Sequence record: MZ561532
Length of the DNA stretch: 64,000 nt
Direction: 5' to 3' (one strand)
From: Shigella phage PSD9
The notes beneath the pieces were generated by a model. That model was not told where the DNA came from, ran no database searches, and worked only from the letters and a program-made list of their open reading frames with translations. The translations under genes were made by a program, and so were the position numbers. Every line of letters begins with the position of its first letter. Within the stretch, counting starts at the first letter, position 1. Of this stretch, positions 11,051-19,894 are shown piece after piece.

Positions 11051-11845
11051 ATGGCAGTAGTAGGACCATGGGTTGGAGGGTCTGCAGTAGCTAATACAGG
11101 ACAAAACTGGATGGGTGGCGCTGCCCAGCGATTGAGAATGGGTATTCCGTTTTGGATGAGTAATATGAACGGTCGGTCTGTTGAAGTAATTCATACTTTA
11201 GGTGGGGACCATAACTTTAATGGGCAATGGTTCCGCGACCGTTGCTTTGAAGCCGGTAGTGCGCCTATTGTGTTTAATCTTACAGGTACATTAGTATCTT
11301 ATACCCGTGATGTTCCATTGTTCTTTATGTATGGGGATACTCCAAACGAATATGTTCAATTGAATATTGGTGGTGGGGTTCATATATGGGGCCGAGGTGG
11401 TCAAGGTGGATGGACCCACTCGGGTGGCGATGGCAACGGCCAATGGGGTGGAACTTGTATTGTAAATGATATTGGCGGTCGTTTAAGAATTAATAATGGT
11501 GGGGTTATCTGTGGCGGTGGCGGTGGCGGTGGCGGCATTGCGTGGCGTCCTTACTCAGGTGCTAACTGGCAAGATATCGGTGGTGGTGGTGGACGTCCAT
11601 TTGGTCCTGATGGCGGTGGTAGATTCTCCGGTGGTGGTGCTTCTTATGAAAGCCCTGGCGGTGGATACGATTTGGATAGAGCCCACTCAGGACATGGCGG
11701 TGATGCTGGTGCCTCAGGCCAGAACGCATGGTCTTATGGTGGTAAAGTTCTTAAAGTTGGGGCTGGGGGCGGCGCAGGAGCTGCTGTTGCTGGAAGTTCT
11801 CCTACTTGGCATAATACAGGTGTTATCTACGGTTCCTGGCTATAG
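11051..11845 (+). CDS. 38: Tail fibre tip adhesin gp38 (T2-type, glycine-rich motifs)
   Basis: Track ORF starts at TTG 11039; ATG 11051 with SD ggagg gives [21 protein letters not shown]...[23 protein letters not shown]...[18 protein letters not shown]... then poly-Gly segments, matching the recalled T2-type gp38 adhesin architecture. Confidence 0.85.
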   Translation: MAVVGPWVGGSAVANTGQNWMGGAAQRLRMGIPFWMSNMNGRSVEVIHTLGGDHNFNGQWFRDRCFEAGSAPIVFNLTGTLVSYTRDVPLFFMYGDTPNEYVQLNIGGGVHIWGRGGQGGWTHSGGDGNGQWGGTCIVNDIGGRLRINNGGVICGGGGGGGGIAWRPYSGANWQDIGGGGGRPFGPDGGGRFSGGGASYESPGGGYDLDRAHSGHGGDAGASGQNAWSYGGKVLKVGAGGGAGAAVAGSSPTWHNTGVIYGSWL

Positions 11846-11856
11846 TGCATAAGCTC

Positions 11857-11864
11857 TATAAATA
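11857..11864 (+). promoter_or_regulatory. Late promoter TATAAATA for holin gene t
   Basis: Exact TATAAATA 19 nt upstream of ATG 11883, followed by SD aaaggag. Confidence 0.6.
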
Positions 11865-11882
11865 TCTTTAAAGGAGAAAAGT

Positions 11883-12536
11883 ATGGAACCAAAAGTAGGA
11901 TTTTCATTATCAGACCTACTTTTTGGACTTCTTGATAGAATTTTTAAAGATACTTCTTCCGGGAAAGTAGTTTTTTCCCGGGTCCTAGTCGTGATATTAT
12001 TGTTCTTTATGGCATTGGTTTGGTATAAAGGCGAGTATATTCTAAACTTTTATAAAGAGACTACTTATGCCTCTTATACTGAAATGATTAGACAAGACCA
12101 GGACAATAGATTTAAAATTGCGGCTATCGAGCAGCTCCGAATAGTGCATTCTTCTTCAGGCGCAGACTTCACAGCAATATATTCTTTTAGACCAACCAAC
12201 ATGAATTATTTTGTGGATATGGTGGCTTACGAGGGTAAATTACCGGAAACGGTAGACGCAAAAAACACGGGAGGGTTTCCAATTGACAAAACGTCAGTAG
12301 AATATATGGCGGGAGTTAACGGGAACTATTTTGAATCAAGTACCGAAACTGTATTCCTTCCTACAAAGAAGAAAACACAATTCACGTATATGTTTTCATG
12401 CCCGTTTTTTAATTTGGATAACGTCTACGCCGGCTCGATATCGTTGTACTGGTATGATATCAAACCGGATTTAGGATTTCCTAGACTTTCGTCTATGTGC
12501 GGTCAGGCTGGGAGGACATTAGGTCGAACACGTTAG
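11883..12536 (+). CDS. t: Holin T
   Basis: 217-aa ORF; strong match to recalled T4 holin T (SLSDLLFGLLDRIFKD, single N-terminal TMD, VDMVAYEGKLPETV, C-terminus CGQAGRTLGR). Confidence 0.9.
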   Translation: MEPKVGFSLSDLLFGLLDRIFKDTSSGKVVFSRVLVVILLFFMALVWYKGEYILNFYKETTYASYTEMIRQDQDNRFKIAAIEQLRIVHSSSGADFTAIYSFRPTNMNYFVDMVAYEGKLPETVDAKNTGGFPIDKTSVEYMAGVNGNYFESSTETVFLPTKKKTQFTYMFSCPFFNLDNVYAGSISLYWYDIKPDLGFPRLSSMCGQAGRTLGRTR

Positions 12537-12808
12537 AAATTGGAGGTATACATCATTAAGTAACGGTGTATATCTTCATACCCTTCATTAAATTGCTCAA
12601 TAAGAGTGTCACGTTCATCTTCAGTTAATGACTTAAATAATTTGTTATAAGACAAACCGTTAAGTTCCTTTCCGTGTTCATTACGAATACCTAACTCATT
12701 CAAAAAGGCAATAAACTCATCACGACGTTGCATGATGTCTTCACAATCCGTTTTAATCAAAATGGAAACAATAGTAGCAATTTCGGAAACAATTTCAATT
12801 TTAGTCAT
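12533..12808 (-). CDS. asiA: Anti-sigma70 factor AsiA
   Basis: 91-aa ORF; IATIVSILIK...FIAFLNELGI...LIEQFNEGYEDIHRYLMMYT matches recalled T4 AsiA. Confidence 0.85.
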   Translation of the reverse strand: MTKIEIVSEIATIVSILIKTDCEDIMQRRDEFIAFLNELGIRNEHGKELNGLSYNKLFKSLTEDERDTLIEQFNEGYEDIHRYLMMYTSNF

Positions 12809-12838
12809 AATATTCTCTTCAATTCAGTACGTCATTAT

Positions 12839-12878
12839 CTGATAGGGCTATACTAACATATCCTTAGGGATTGTAAAC
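12839..12878 (-). promoter_or_regulatory. Early promoter with downstream conserved box, upstream of asiA
   Basis: Minus strand GTTTAC-N17-TAGTAT-AGCCCTATCAG; about 40 nt upstream of the asiA ATG (12808). Confidence 0.5.
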
Positions 12879-13022
12879 ATGTTTTTCGTTCTTTTTAACA
12901 TATTCCTGATACATCTCTTCTATTGGTTCCTGGAACTTAAAATCAGCTCCCAGGAATTCCTCAAAGCACTCCTGCTCACGTGTACGCATGCCTGTTACGG
13001 TATTCTCTAAGTTATGACTCAT
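12864..13022 (-). CDS. Small hypothetical protein (52 aa, below the ORF-track cutoff)
   Basis: ATG at 13022 preceded by AAGGG/AAAGG; translation MSHNLENTVTGMRTREQECFEEFLGADFKFQEPIEEMYQEYVKKNEKHVYNP; ends inside the asiA promoter. Confidence 0.25.
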   Translation of the reverse strand: MSHNLENTVTGMRTREQECFEEFLGADFKFQEPIEEMYQEYVKKNEKHVYNP

Positions 13023-13111
13023 AGCCTTTACCCTTATGTTTCTGTTTACGTTTAGACTCTTTAAGGTTTTTCTTTTTGTCCTTGTGGACCGAAGCCTTAT
13101 TGAAATCGTGC

Positions 13112-13393
13112 TTAGCTACCAGATTGTTCACGTAATTTCCTTAATTGATATTCAAGAGAGCTGATAATTTCTTTATTAGTTGCAATATACATATCACGTA
13201 GGAACGGCTTCAACCCTTCCATATTACCATGGATTGTCTTAGAACTAATATTCTTTATATATTCGTGGTCTAAGGCATCCCAAGCCGGTTGGTTGACATA
13301 AGTTCCCCAGTTGTCTTCCACCATGACATTAAGACGTTTAACATGATTAATATGGGCTTCGATTGCATCAATCTGGAGTTGTTTAAGATTCAT
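13112..13393 (-). CDS. Hypothetical protein (93 aa) in the asiA-motA interval, where T4 carries arn
   Basis: Track ORF; co-oriented and tightly packed; no motif recognised. Confidence 0.45.
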   Translation of the reverse strand: MNLKQLQIDAIEAHINHVKRLNVMVEDNWGTYVNQPAWDALDHEYIKNISSKTIHGNMEGLKPFLRDMYIATNKEIISSLEYQLRKLREQSGS

Positions 13394-13881
13394 TAGTAAA
13401 GGTCCTCAGAGTAAAGTTCTTTTTCACTGCCACCACGTTCAATACGAACTTGATTAGCATAAGTCGCAATAATCATTGCTTCTTCGCGAGTCCAATAGTT
13501 TGAATATTGGTCAATAAATCCTTGGTCATCACCACAAACATGGTCTGATACAAGTTTATCACTTACCTGGTCGAGAACTTCAGCCATATCTTTAGAATAA
13601 TGACGAGCACCAGGAATAACCAGAGTCCCACCGTCTTTTAACTTAAAGCGGTTGGCAGCACACACAATCCTGCGCTGATATTTTTCATTGTTGTTCCAAT
13701 AGGCAATCTGCCAACATATTTCAGGAACCTCTTCTAAAACATCCTCTTCTGTATATTCGGTGTAATCACCATATGCCCGTAATTTAGCTGCTAGACTTTC
13801 AGGCGTCTCACGAGAAAGAGCTTTATCTAATAAAGCCATACGGTCTTTAAAGGATAATGCTTTACCTTTTAATAGATTCAT
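13393..13881 (-). CDS. Hypothetical protein (162 aa)
   Basis: Track ORF; start overlaps the upstream stop (translational coupling). Confidence 0.5.
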   Translation of the reverse strand: MNLLKGKALSFKDRMALLDKALSRETPESLAAKLRAYGDYTEYTEEDVLEEVPEICWQIAYWNNNEKYQRRIVCAANRFKLKDGGTLVIPGARHYSKDMAEVLDQVSDKLVSDHVCGDDQGFIDQYSNYWTREEAMIIATYANQVRIERGGSEKELYSEDLY

Positions 13882-14225
13882 TTGAAAATCACCTTATGGC
13901 CGTTATCTTTAGCAAATTCTTGAATTTTGGTGGCAGTTTCAATTAAATCACCTTTATAATAGGATGATAATTTAATATTAACTGTTTGGCCCTCGCCATA
14001 CGAAGTTATATTTACCTTTTCAATAAAAATAATCTCAAGAAATCGTAATAACTGCATACCAAATTCAAGATAAACGTTATCAATCTGGAGATCGAGTTGG
14101 TAAATTTTCTTAATACCGCTTACCAAAGCTACACGCTCGTCCCAATCATTACGTTGTTCTTCAATCAATTTAAGGGAATGACCTTCACCGTCCCAGTTAA
14201 GTTCCATCGGAATCATTTGAACCAT
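13878..14225 (-). CDS. Hypothetical protein (115 aa)
   Basis: Track ORF; ATGA-type overlap with neighbour. Confidence 0.5.
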   Translation of the reverse strand: MVQMIPMELNWDGEGHSLKLIEEQRNDWDERVALVSGIKKIYQLDLQIDNVYLEFGMQLLRFLEIIFIEKVNITSYGEGQTVNIKLSSYYKGDLIETATKIQEFAKDNGHKVIFK

Positions 14226-14542
14226 CCTTTAATACGCTGCCATAAAGATTTCTGTTGAGCTTTATTAACACCAATTGAACGGATAACCGGTTGTGATTCT
14301 TGGTATTCTTTGTAGTCCGCTTTATAGACTTCATAAGCCGCTGGGACAAAGGTGCTGATTGCCGCCATAAAGTTTTTGCGAATTCCCATAGAAGCTTCAG
14401 AACCACCACGGATGATTAAGTATTTACCTGCTTTAATCTTAACAATAGTGCCGAGATAAGCACCGTGGTACCAAATGTCCCAACCTTCTTGAGTAGGTTC
14501 TGCACAACGACGAAGTTCATTAACAATATTAAGCTTGTTCAT
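14213..14542 (-). CDS. Hypothetical protein (109 aa)
   Basis: Track ORF; tightly packed downstream of motA. Confidence 0.5.
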   Translation of the reverse strand: MNKLNIVNELRRCAEPTQEGWDIWYHGAYLGTIVKIKAGKYLIIRGGSEASMGIRKNFMAAISTFVPAAYEVYKADYKEYQESQPVIRSIGVNKAQQKSLWQRIKGWFK

Positions 14543-14560
14543 AATAATTTCCTCAGTCAG

Positions 14561-15193
14561 TTAAATTGCGTTGGTTACGGTTTTGATAACTTCAGATGAT
14601 ACGTTTTGGAAGTCGATATAAGTATTCTTACCACCAGTCTTAATCTTAACATCAAGATTCAAGGAAGTAAACACTTGTTTTTCTTTATCAGTCATATTAT
14701 AACCGAAGATGCGCATCATTCCGTCACGACGGACTTCAATTTGACGAATACCATTGGTACGTTTAGCGAATCGAACTTCAAGGTTGCTACGGTTTTCAGC
14801 AATTTCACGAATCTCGATACGGTCTTCTAATAAAGCTTTAACTTCATCAGCCAGTGTTACCATTTCAGGAGTAACACCACGTGAACTACGCGTTTTACGT
14901 TTTTCCAACATCTCTGGAGCATTTTCAGAAGCGAACAAGTCAGCAGCTTTTTGAACTAGGTCCATTGCTTCACCCGTAGCCACTAAACCATCACCGGATT
15001 TTTCGATGAATCCTTTCTTAATCAATACACCGATGTTAGAGTTAACTACCGCAGCACTAAATTGCTCACTCAGGGCTTCACGGACTTCGCCTGAAGTGAT
15101 GAAGTTATGCTTGATGATATGTACTAAGATCGAAGCAGTTTTTTCATTCAGGACGTCTTCAGAAGCTTTGATGATATAAGTAATTTTAGACAT
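14561..15193 (-). CDS. motA: Middle transcription activator MotA
   Basis: Track ORF starts at GTG 15211; ATG 15193 gives MSKITYIIKASEDVLNEKTASILVHI...NSNIGVLIKKGFIEKSGDGL, matching recalled T4 MotA. Confidence 0.85.
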   Translation of the reverse strand: MSKITYIIKASEDVLNEKTASILVHIIKHNFITSGEVREALSEQFSAAVVNSNIGVLIKKGFIEKSGDGLVATGEAMDLVQKAADLFASENAPEMLEKRKTRSSRGVTPEMVTLADEVKALLEDRIEIREIAENRSNLEVRFAKRTNGIRQIEVRRDGMMRIFGYNMTDKEKQVFTSLNLDVKIKTGGKNTYIDFQNVSSEVIKTVTNAI

Positions 15194-15220
15194 TTTGTAT
15201 CTCCATTTCACTCTGTTGTT

Positions 15221-15260
15221 TTGATAGGTCTATAGTATCATGTTTAAAGCAGATGTAAAC
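15221..15260 (-). promoter_or_regulatory. Early promoter with conserved box, upstream of motA
   Basis: Minus strand GTTTAC-N17-TACTAT-AGACCTATCAA. Confidence 0.55.
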
Positions 15261-15278
15261 TCTTTTTGCACTAAACCC

Positions 15279-15300
15279 AAAAAAGGAACCCGAAGGTTCC
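15279..15300 (-). terminator. Intrinsic terminator, GGAACC-UUCG-GGUUCC hairpin plus U6
   Basis: ggaacccgaaggttcc preceded on the plus strand by aaaaaa; on the minus transcript the hairpin follows the small ORF stop and is followed by UUUUUU. Confidence 0.6.
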
Positions 15301-15405
15301 TTACTTTTTAAAGTTGGCTGCTATTAAACCTATAGCTAAGCCTGTTGCCAGGCCTAGGATAACAGCAAAGATACAGAGTAACAAGAACTCGACTCCAAGG
15401 CTCAT
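15301..15405 (-). CDS. Small hydrophobic peptide (34 aa, single predicted TM helix)
   Basis: ATG 15405 overlaps the gp52 stop (ATGA); translation MSLGVEFLLLCIFAVILGLATGLAIGLIAANFKK; stop abuts the terminator hairpin. Confidence 0.35.
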   Translation of the reverse strand: MSLGVEFLLLCIFAVILGLATGLAIGLIAANFKK

Positions 15406-16781
15406 AGAGCCTCCAAATCTTTAACATACTCAGTTACAACATCAGTGGTTTTCCAATATTGATGCTCTTCTTTCTTAGCCTTGGCTTCCAAAGCCAGTTT
15501 CTTGGCTTCATCAGAAGTGATATGGAAAATGTTCATGGCCACTAGTTTATCAGCGTATTCGCCATAGACTTTATTACTAGCCAATTCTTCGGTTAAAACC
15601 TTGCGAGTCTTACCTTGGATAACCACTACACCATCAATAACATCTTTGATGAATGTGGCTTTAGCTAATGCCAGTTTGAAAGCTTCTTCGGTTTCGATGA
15701 TTTTACCATCAATACGTTTCTGTACAAAGGTCTTACGGACCTCAACGAAATCACGAATCAGTTCAACTGCATCTTCGTAAACCTTAAGTTTACCTTTCTC
15801 ATTAATGACGGTCAGGTTTTGTGAACGACGTTCGATTAACCCGAAGTCCTTCATGATTTTTTCATGCTTCTTGTTTTCATCAGTAGGCAATTCGTATTCT
15901 TTACGAATCTTAACCTTGAAGCCAAAACCGTTCTCGTCACAGTCATCATCATATGTGATGTACCCTTTGTCTTCCAGAGGGTCTAATACCTTAGCCACAT
16001 ATGTTTCACGGTCATATTTGTATGGGATTTCCGTGATATGCATTTGGGTTCGAGATGTGAACTTATACGTTCCACGAATCTCATAACTACCAGGTTCAAT
16101 CTCAACAACTTCACCACGGAATTCAGGATAAGCCACTTTGGGTTTGGTTACTCGTTTTTCCTGAAGAACTTGCAGTACAGCTTTCTTAACAGAATCAAAA
16201 CTATGAGGAAGAATATTAGTTGCATAACCAGTTGCAATACCGGAAACGCCATTAAGAAGAACAGTAGGAATAATAGGCAGATAAAAAGCCGGTGGCTTAT
16301 GTTCAACATCCGCATGAACCGGAGCATATTCTGTGTCCTTATAAACTTTTGCAAAGTTACTTCCAATACGAGCAAAAATATAACGAGAGGCTGCAGCCTT
16401 TTGAACCAATCGAGAACCGAAGTTACCTTGACCGTCTAACAATGGATAGTTGTTGTTCCATGTGTTAGCCATCAAAGCCCCTGCTTCCTGAGCAGAACCT
16501 TCACCGTGGTGATATCCGAGGTCGGCTACACCACCAGCGATAGAAGCCAGTTTGTGGAATTTTTCTTTATTACCACGAGCCATATCAAGACAACGAGCCA
16601 CTACAAAACGTTGTACAGGTTTAAAGCCATCAATCATATTTGGAATGGCTCGGTTTTCGACAGTATACATTGCATAAGCCAATGCTTCGTTGTCGATAAT
16701 ACTTTTTAAGTCACGACGAGTAAAAGTATCATCGTAAACATCTAAAGCCTGTTTAAAAAGGGTATCAATTACATCAGCCAT
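15402..16781 (-). CDS. 52: DNA topoisomerase II medium subunit gp52
   Basis: 459-aa ORF; GyrA-like N-terminal motifs (AMYTVENRAIPNMIDGFKPVQRF...) match recalled T4 gp52. Confidence 0.9.
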   Translation of the reverse strand: MADVIDTLFKQALDVYDDTFTRRDLKSIIDNEALAYAMYTVENRAIPNMIDGFKPVQRFVVARCLDMARGNKEKFHKLASIAGGVADLGYHHGEGSAQEAGALMANTWNNNYPLLDGQGNFGSRLVQKAAASRYIFARIGSNFAKVYKDTEYAPVHADVEHKPPAFYLPIIPTVLLNGVSGIATGYATNILPHSFDSVKKAVLQVLQEKRVTKPKVAYPEFRGEVVEIEPGSYEIRGTYKFTSRTQMHITEIPYKYDRETYVAKVLDPLEDKGYITYDDDCDENGFGFKVKIRKEYELPTDENKKHEKIMKDFGLIERRSQNLTVINEKGKLKVYEDAVELIRDFVEVRKTFVQKRIDGKIIETEEAFKLALAKATFIKDVIDGVVVIQGKTRKVLTEELASNKVYGEYADKLVAMNIFHITSDEAKKLALEAKAKKEEHQYWKTTDVVTEYVKDLEAL

Positions 16782-16785
16782 AATT

Positions 16786-16926
16786 TTACCATACTAGTGA
16801 ATGAATAGCCATAATAACATCGGAAATAAAAAGCACAACTTGGATAAGTCCGAACATTACTCCGTAATACAGCGCTACTAATAATGCAGCAAGGGCTAAA
16901 GAGTAGCCCAAGATTTTATTAATCAT
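16786..16926 (-). CDS. Small membrane protein (about 46 aa; start uncertain)
   Basis: Track ORF 16786..16974; internal ATG at 16926 (MINKILGYSLALAALLVALYYGVMFGLIQVVLF...) overlaps the stop of the upstream small ORF; two predicted TM segments; locus corresponds to the ac/stp region of T4. Confidence 0.35.
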   Translation of the reverse strand: MINKILGYSLALAALLVALYYGVMFGLIQVVLFISDVIMAIHSLVW

Positions 16927-17080
16927 TTTTAATCGTCTTAAGTAAACCGACAAAAGTAGAAAGAACCCAACCAATAAGCAGAAAACTTAAGAATATCGGA
17001 CCAGGGGCCCACACACCTAAAAAGAAGCAAACTGAACAGACTATAGCCATAATAAGTTCAATAAAAACTAGGATAACCAT
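16919..17080 (-). CDS. Small membrane protein (53 aa, below the ORF-track cutoff)
   Basis: ATG 17080 with SD GAGGA; translation MVILVFIELIMAIVCSVCFFLGVWAPGPIFLSFLLIGWVLSTFVGLLKTIKND. Confidence 0.35.
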   Translation of the reverse strand: MVILVFIELIMAIVCSVCFFLGVWAPGPIFLSFLLIGWVLSTFVGLLKTIKND

Positions 17081-17167
17081 ATTTTCCTCATTAGCGTCCG
17101 AAGACGCCTTTAGTTTTAAGATTGTTACTATAGAACTGCATCACATGCTCGTTATGGAAATTACTCA

Positions 17168-17617
17168 TTAGTAAGCCTGCAGGATGAATTTAAAGTTATC
17201 AGCCAACATACGGTTCATTTCTTCCAGTGTCTGGAGGTCGGAACTATGATTACGAGTGAAAGCCATTGCAATTTGACCCTTACCAAAACCTGTAGTCAGG
17301 GGTTTCATCTTAGAAGCCGGTACATAAAGAACTTCATACACAACACCGTTCACTGCCATAGTGCGAGCTGATTGAGAACGTTTCTTACGAATGTTAGCCA
17401 CGATACCGTCGAGCCCTTGGGCCGAACGTTGATTACCGACATAAAAACGAGCCGCTACGACACGAGAATCAGCGCCGCCTTTAACAAAGAAGTAGAAGCC
17501 TGGCTGAGCAGAGATTTCTTTAGAAGGTTTACCATTTTGGTATTCACCGTTCTTAACATAAGCAACAGTAGTAGCACCAGCAGACAGAACGTTACGGCGA
17601 GTCATATAAGTATTCAT
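17168..17617 (-). CDS. ndd: Nucleoid disruption protein Ndd
   Basis: 149-aa ORF; [10 protein letters not shown]...[15 protein letters not shown]...[30 protein letters not shown] closely matches recalled T4 Ndd. Confidence 0.85.
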   Translation of the reverse strand: MNTYMTRRNVLSAGATTVAYVKNGEYQNGKPSKEISAQPGFYFFVKGGADSRVVAARFYVGNQRSAQGLDGIVANIRKKRSQSARTMAVNGVVYEVLYVPASKMKPLTTGFGKGQIAMAFTRNHSSDLQTLEEMNRMLADNFKFILQAY

Positions 17618-17666
17618 ATCAATTTCCTCAGTAGATTAATGTTTTGTTATCCGGTCAACGAGAACC

Positions 17667-17695
17667 ATTATAACATGATTCTCGAGGTTGTAAAC
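17667..17695 (-). promoter_or_regulatory. Early promoter (GTTTAC-N17-TATAAT) upstream of ndd
   Basis: Plus gtaaac 17690..17695 and attata 17667..17672. Confidence 0.55.
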
Positions 17696-18063
17696 TATTT
17701 TTGTAGCTGTTCTAAAATAAATCCGCTGGTGTAAAGGCTTGCATTATACAGGCGGTCAAGAGACAACGAATCCAATCCATAAGCTTCGCGAATTGCATTG
17801 ATAACACTTTCATAACTTGTATAATAAACGTCACGATAATCGCGGTCCATAGTCATGCGGAACTTAATAAATTTGTAGAAACCAGTTTCAGGGTCCTGAT
17901 AGAATGCAAATTCTGCAGACGCTAAATTTTTAAGGTTAACAGCTTTTGAGTCACCCGAATAACTTAAATCAAATGTTTCTGACATGCTAATCTGTTTAAA
18001 GAACATAATGTTGCGATTACCAAAAAATAATTTAGACATAATATTTTCCTTATTCAGCGTCAA
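17695..18063 (-). CDS. Hypothetical protein (122 aa; start uncertain)
   Basis: Track ORF; co-oriented early-region gene. Confidence 0.45.
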   Translation of the reverse strand: MTLNKENIMSKLFFGNRNIMFFKQISMSETFDLSYSGDSKAVNLKNLASAEFAFYQDPETGFYKFIKFRMTMDRDYRDVYYTSYESVINAIREAYGLDSLSLDRLYNASLYTSGFILEQLQK

Positions 18064-18262
18064 CAGAAATAGCCATCAGTTCATCAACAGTAAGGCATTG
18101 CACACTAGGGCCTACACAAAAACGCTTAGTTGAATCATAAAGGTCTGTAGCATTAACAGGTTGTAATTCAGTCCCAACTTGCAAAGGAGAAATACGAATT
18201 AATTGTTGACCGTTATGTAATACAAAGCTCTCACCAACTGCAACATCTTTAAAAAGTTTCAT
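18050..18262 (-). CDS. Hypothetical protein (about 70 aa)
   Basis: Track ORF 18050..18304 starts at TTG; ATG 18262 (MKLFKDVAVGESF...) preceded by SD gaggaaaat. Confidence 0.5.
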   Translation of the reverse strand: MKLFKDVAVGESFVLHNGQQLIRISPLQVGTELQPVNATDLYDSTKRFCVGPSVQCLTVDELMAISVDAE

Positions 18263-18272
18263 AATATTTTCC

Positions 18273-18383
18273 TCAGAAGTTAAAGAATACACGTACATGG
18301 TCAATCATAAAAACGATTGGGAAAATGCTCAATACCAAAAATAACACAAACATGTTCCAAATTGCTTTAAGTAAGTTTTTCAT
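18273..18383 (-). CDS. Small hydrophobic peptide (36 aa)
   Basis: ATG 18383 with SD GGAG; translation MKNLLKAIWNMFVLFLVLSIFPIVFMIDHVRVFFNF; directly downstream of an early promoter. Confidence 0.3.
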   Translation of the reverse strand: MKNLLKAIWNMFVLFLVLSIFPIVFMIDHVRVFFNF

Positions 18384-18398
18384 AATCATCTCCATTAG

Positions 18399-18438
18399 TT
18401 GATAGGTCTATAATATCATGATTAATGGAGATGTATAC
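18399..18438 (-). promoter_or_regulatory. Early promoter with conserved box (variant -35 GTATAC)
   Basis: Minus strand GTATAC-N17-TATTAT-AGACCTATCAA. Confidence 0.45.
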
Positions 18439-18528
18439 TGATTTATGCCAATTTCCACAACAATAAACTAAAACATACGCAAATCACTGGGATACAGGCC
18501 ATCCAAATAAGGCACCACATTTTGCTAC

Positions 18529-18795
18529 TCAAAACACCACCTCTTTTATCTCAATTAATCCCCTGTGCAATGCAGTACGAAGGTCATAAAGAATATCTAT
18601 GCCGTCAACATTATCCAGTTTTCCATCAATAAGCTTTTCTAAATCTTCCTTGGATGCGATTAAGGGGCGGAGAAATTTACATTCAGAAAGAGATAACTCT
18701 GTAGTAACATCATCACCTTCACCTGATGCATCATACATAGCGGCAACAACCATACCTGTAACTTTGTGTTTAGCGTAATATAATTTGATATCCAT
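18529..18795 (-). CDS. Hypothetical protein (88 aa)
   Basis: Track ORF 18529..18855 starts at GTG inside the promoter; ATG 18795 (MDIKLYYAKHKV...) preceded by SD gaggagaacaaa. Confidence 0.5.
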   Translation of the reverse strand: MDIKLYYAKHKVTGMVVAAMYDASGEGDDVTTELSLSECKFLRPLIASKEDLEKLIDGKLDNVDGIDILYDLRTALHRGLIEIKEVVF

Positions 18796-18812
18796 TTTGT
18801 TCTCCTCATTAG

Positions 18813-18853
18813 TTGATAGGAAGATAGTAACACCATCCATGGCGTATGTAAAC
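18813..18853 (-). promoter_or_regulatory. Early promoter with conserved box
   Basis: Minus strand GTTTAC-N18-TACTAT-CTTCCTATCAA. Confidence 0.5.
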
Positions 18854-18868
18854 ACCTATTTTAAAAAA

Positions 18869-19450
18869 TTATAAGGCGAGATACCAGCCGTTGTAATTGC
18901 TCTTACGGACTAGCTTTGTGATGGCTTCTCTGTCACCAGAGAACTTAGGAGTGAACAGGACATCGCCTGCCTCATTTACCGAAGTGTCGAATATAATTAT
19001 ACAATCTGCAACTTTATGATTCAAGAGCGGGCCCAGGTTAATCCCTGTTCCATAAGGGAAGTCACCGGAGTATCCTGTAGTGCAGGAAATCCACTTAGAA
19101 TCCGACTGATGGGTCTTGACCTCTACGCGTAGTCCACAGTACATAGGATGAGCTAAAACATCCCATGCATAGGTATAAGGGTCGTCATGGTCTTCCAGAC
19201 CACTGTTAACATATCCTTTCAACCAATCAGCAACCATGTACTCGGCATACGTTGCAATGACACACCGAGTCAATACTTCTTTCTTATCTTGGGACGGGTC
19301 TTGGCTTAAGGAATACAATACGGTATCCTTAATCTTGACCTTCATTTCGCCTGTTAAATCAGATGTCTTCAGGGTAAATGTCGGCATCGCTGCCAATCGG
19401 AGTAGTCCCGGGTTCGTCTTCACCATAAATGCCTCGAATATGAAGTTCAC
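18869..19450 (-). CDS. Hypothetical protein at the position of T4 denB (endonuclease IV); identity unverified, start uncertain
   Basis: 193-aa track ORF between ndd-side genes and rIIB; assignment by synteny only. Confidence 0.4.
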   Translation of the reverse strand: MNFIFEAFMVKTNPGLLRLAAMPTFTLKTSDLTGEMKVKIKDTVLYSLSQDPSQDKKEVLTRCVIATYAEYMVADWLKGYVNSGLEDHDDPYTYAWDVLAHPMYCGLRVEVKTHQSDSKWISCTTGYSGDFPYGTGINLGPLLNHKVADCIIIFDTSVNEAGDVLFTPKFSGDREAITKLVRKSNYNGWYLAL

Positions 19451-19658
19451 CGTAATAAATTCGGTCGTCGGGTTCTAAAGTATCAGAATCTGCTAAAGGA
19501 AATTCGCCTTCGACCACCTCATCGCATTCTAGAAAAGCGTAATGAACATCACCCGGGTGTTTAACGAGCTTAGCACAATAAACAGTACCTGCTTTATGGA
19601 ATCCACGCAAATTAGAAATCTTGATACCACGTTCACCGACATTCAGGTAATTAATCAT
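19359..19658 (-). CDS. Hypothetical protein (about 99 aa)
   Basis: Track ORF 19359..19667 starts at GTG; ATG 19658 directly follows the upstream gene stop. Confidence 0.45.
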   Translation of the reverse strand: MINYLNVGERGIKISNLRGFHKAGTVYCAKLVKHPGDVHYAFLECDEVVEGEFPLADSDTLEPDDRIYYGELHIRGIYGEDEPGTTPIGSDADIYPEDI

Positions 19659-19659
19659 T

Positions 19660-19857
19660 TTACTCACCGAAATAAGAAATACGAACCTCTAAACAATGAG
19701 CATAAGCGCCCATCGCATCCAGTTGTGCAATCAGTAACCCTTGTTGACGGATATCAAGAGTTTCAAAAACACCACCTTCAATAAAGGTTTCTAGTGCGTT
19801 AATTTTAAGAACCAACTGGTCGTATTCTTCAACTACACGTGCTTGGTAACCTAACAT
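19660..19857 (-). CDS. Hypothetical protein (65 aa)
   Basis: Track ORF; SD gagga then ATG immediately downstream of the stem-loop at 19870..19885. Confidence 0.5.
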   Translation of the reverse strand: MLGYQARVVEEYDQLVLKINALETFIEGGVFETLDIRQQGLLIAQLDAMGAYAHCLEVRISYFGE

Positions 19858-19869
19858 AATTCCTCATTA

Positions 19870-19885
19870 GGAGGCCGAAGCCTCC
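19870..19885 (-). other. GGAGGC-UUCG-GCCUCC stem-loop between rIIB and the downstream gene (no U-tract)
   Basis: Perfect 6-bp stem with UUCG loop; followed on the minus strand by an SD and start codon rather than a U run. Confidence 0.45.
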
Positions 19886-19894
19886 ATTATTGAT

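Noticed and set aside
11496-11852. 118-aa plus-strand track ORF inside gene 38, and the GGTGGCGGTGGCGGT repeats at about 11511..11536
   Set aside because: Alternative reading frame of the glycine-rich gp38 coding sequence; the repeats are GGN codon runs encoding poly-Gly, not a CRISPR array or mobile-element repeat
15805-16709. Plus-strand track ORFs (93, 133, 67 aa) within gene 52
   Set aside because: Antisense to gp52; low-complexity translations; no start context
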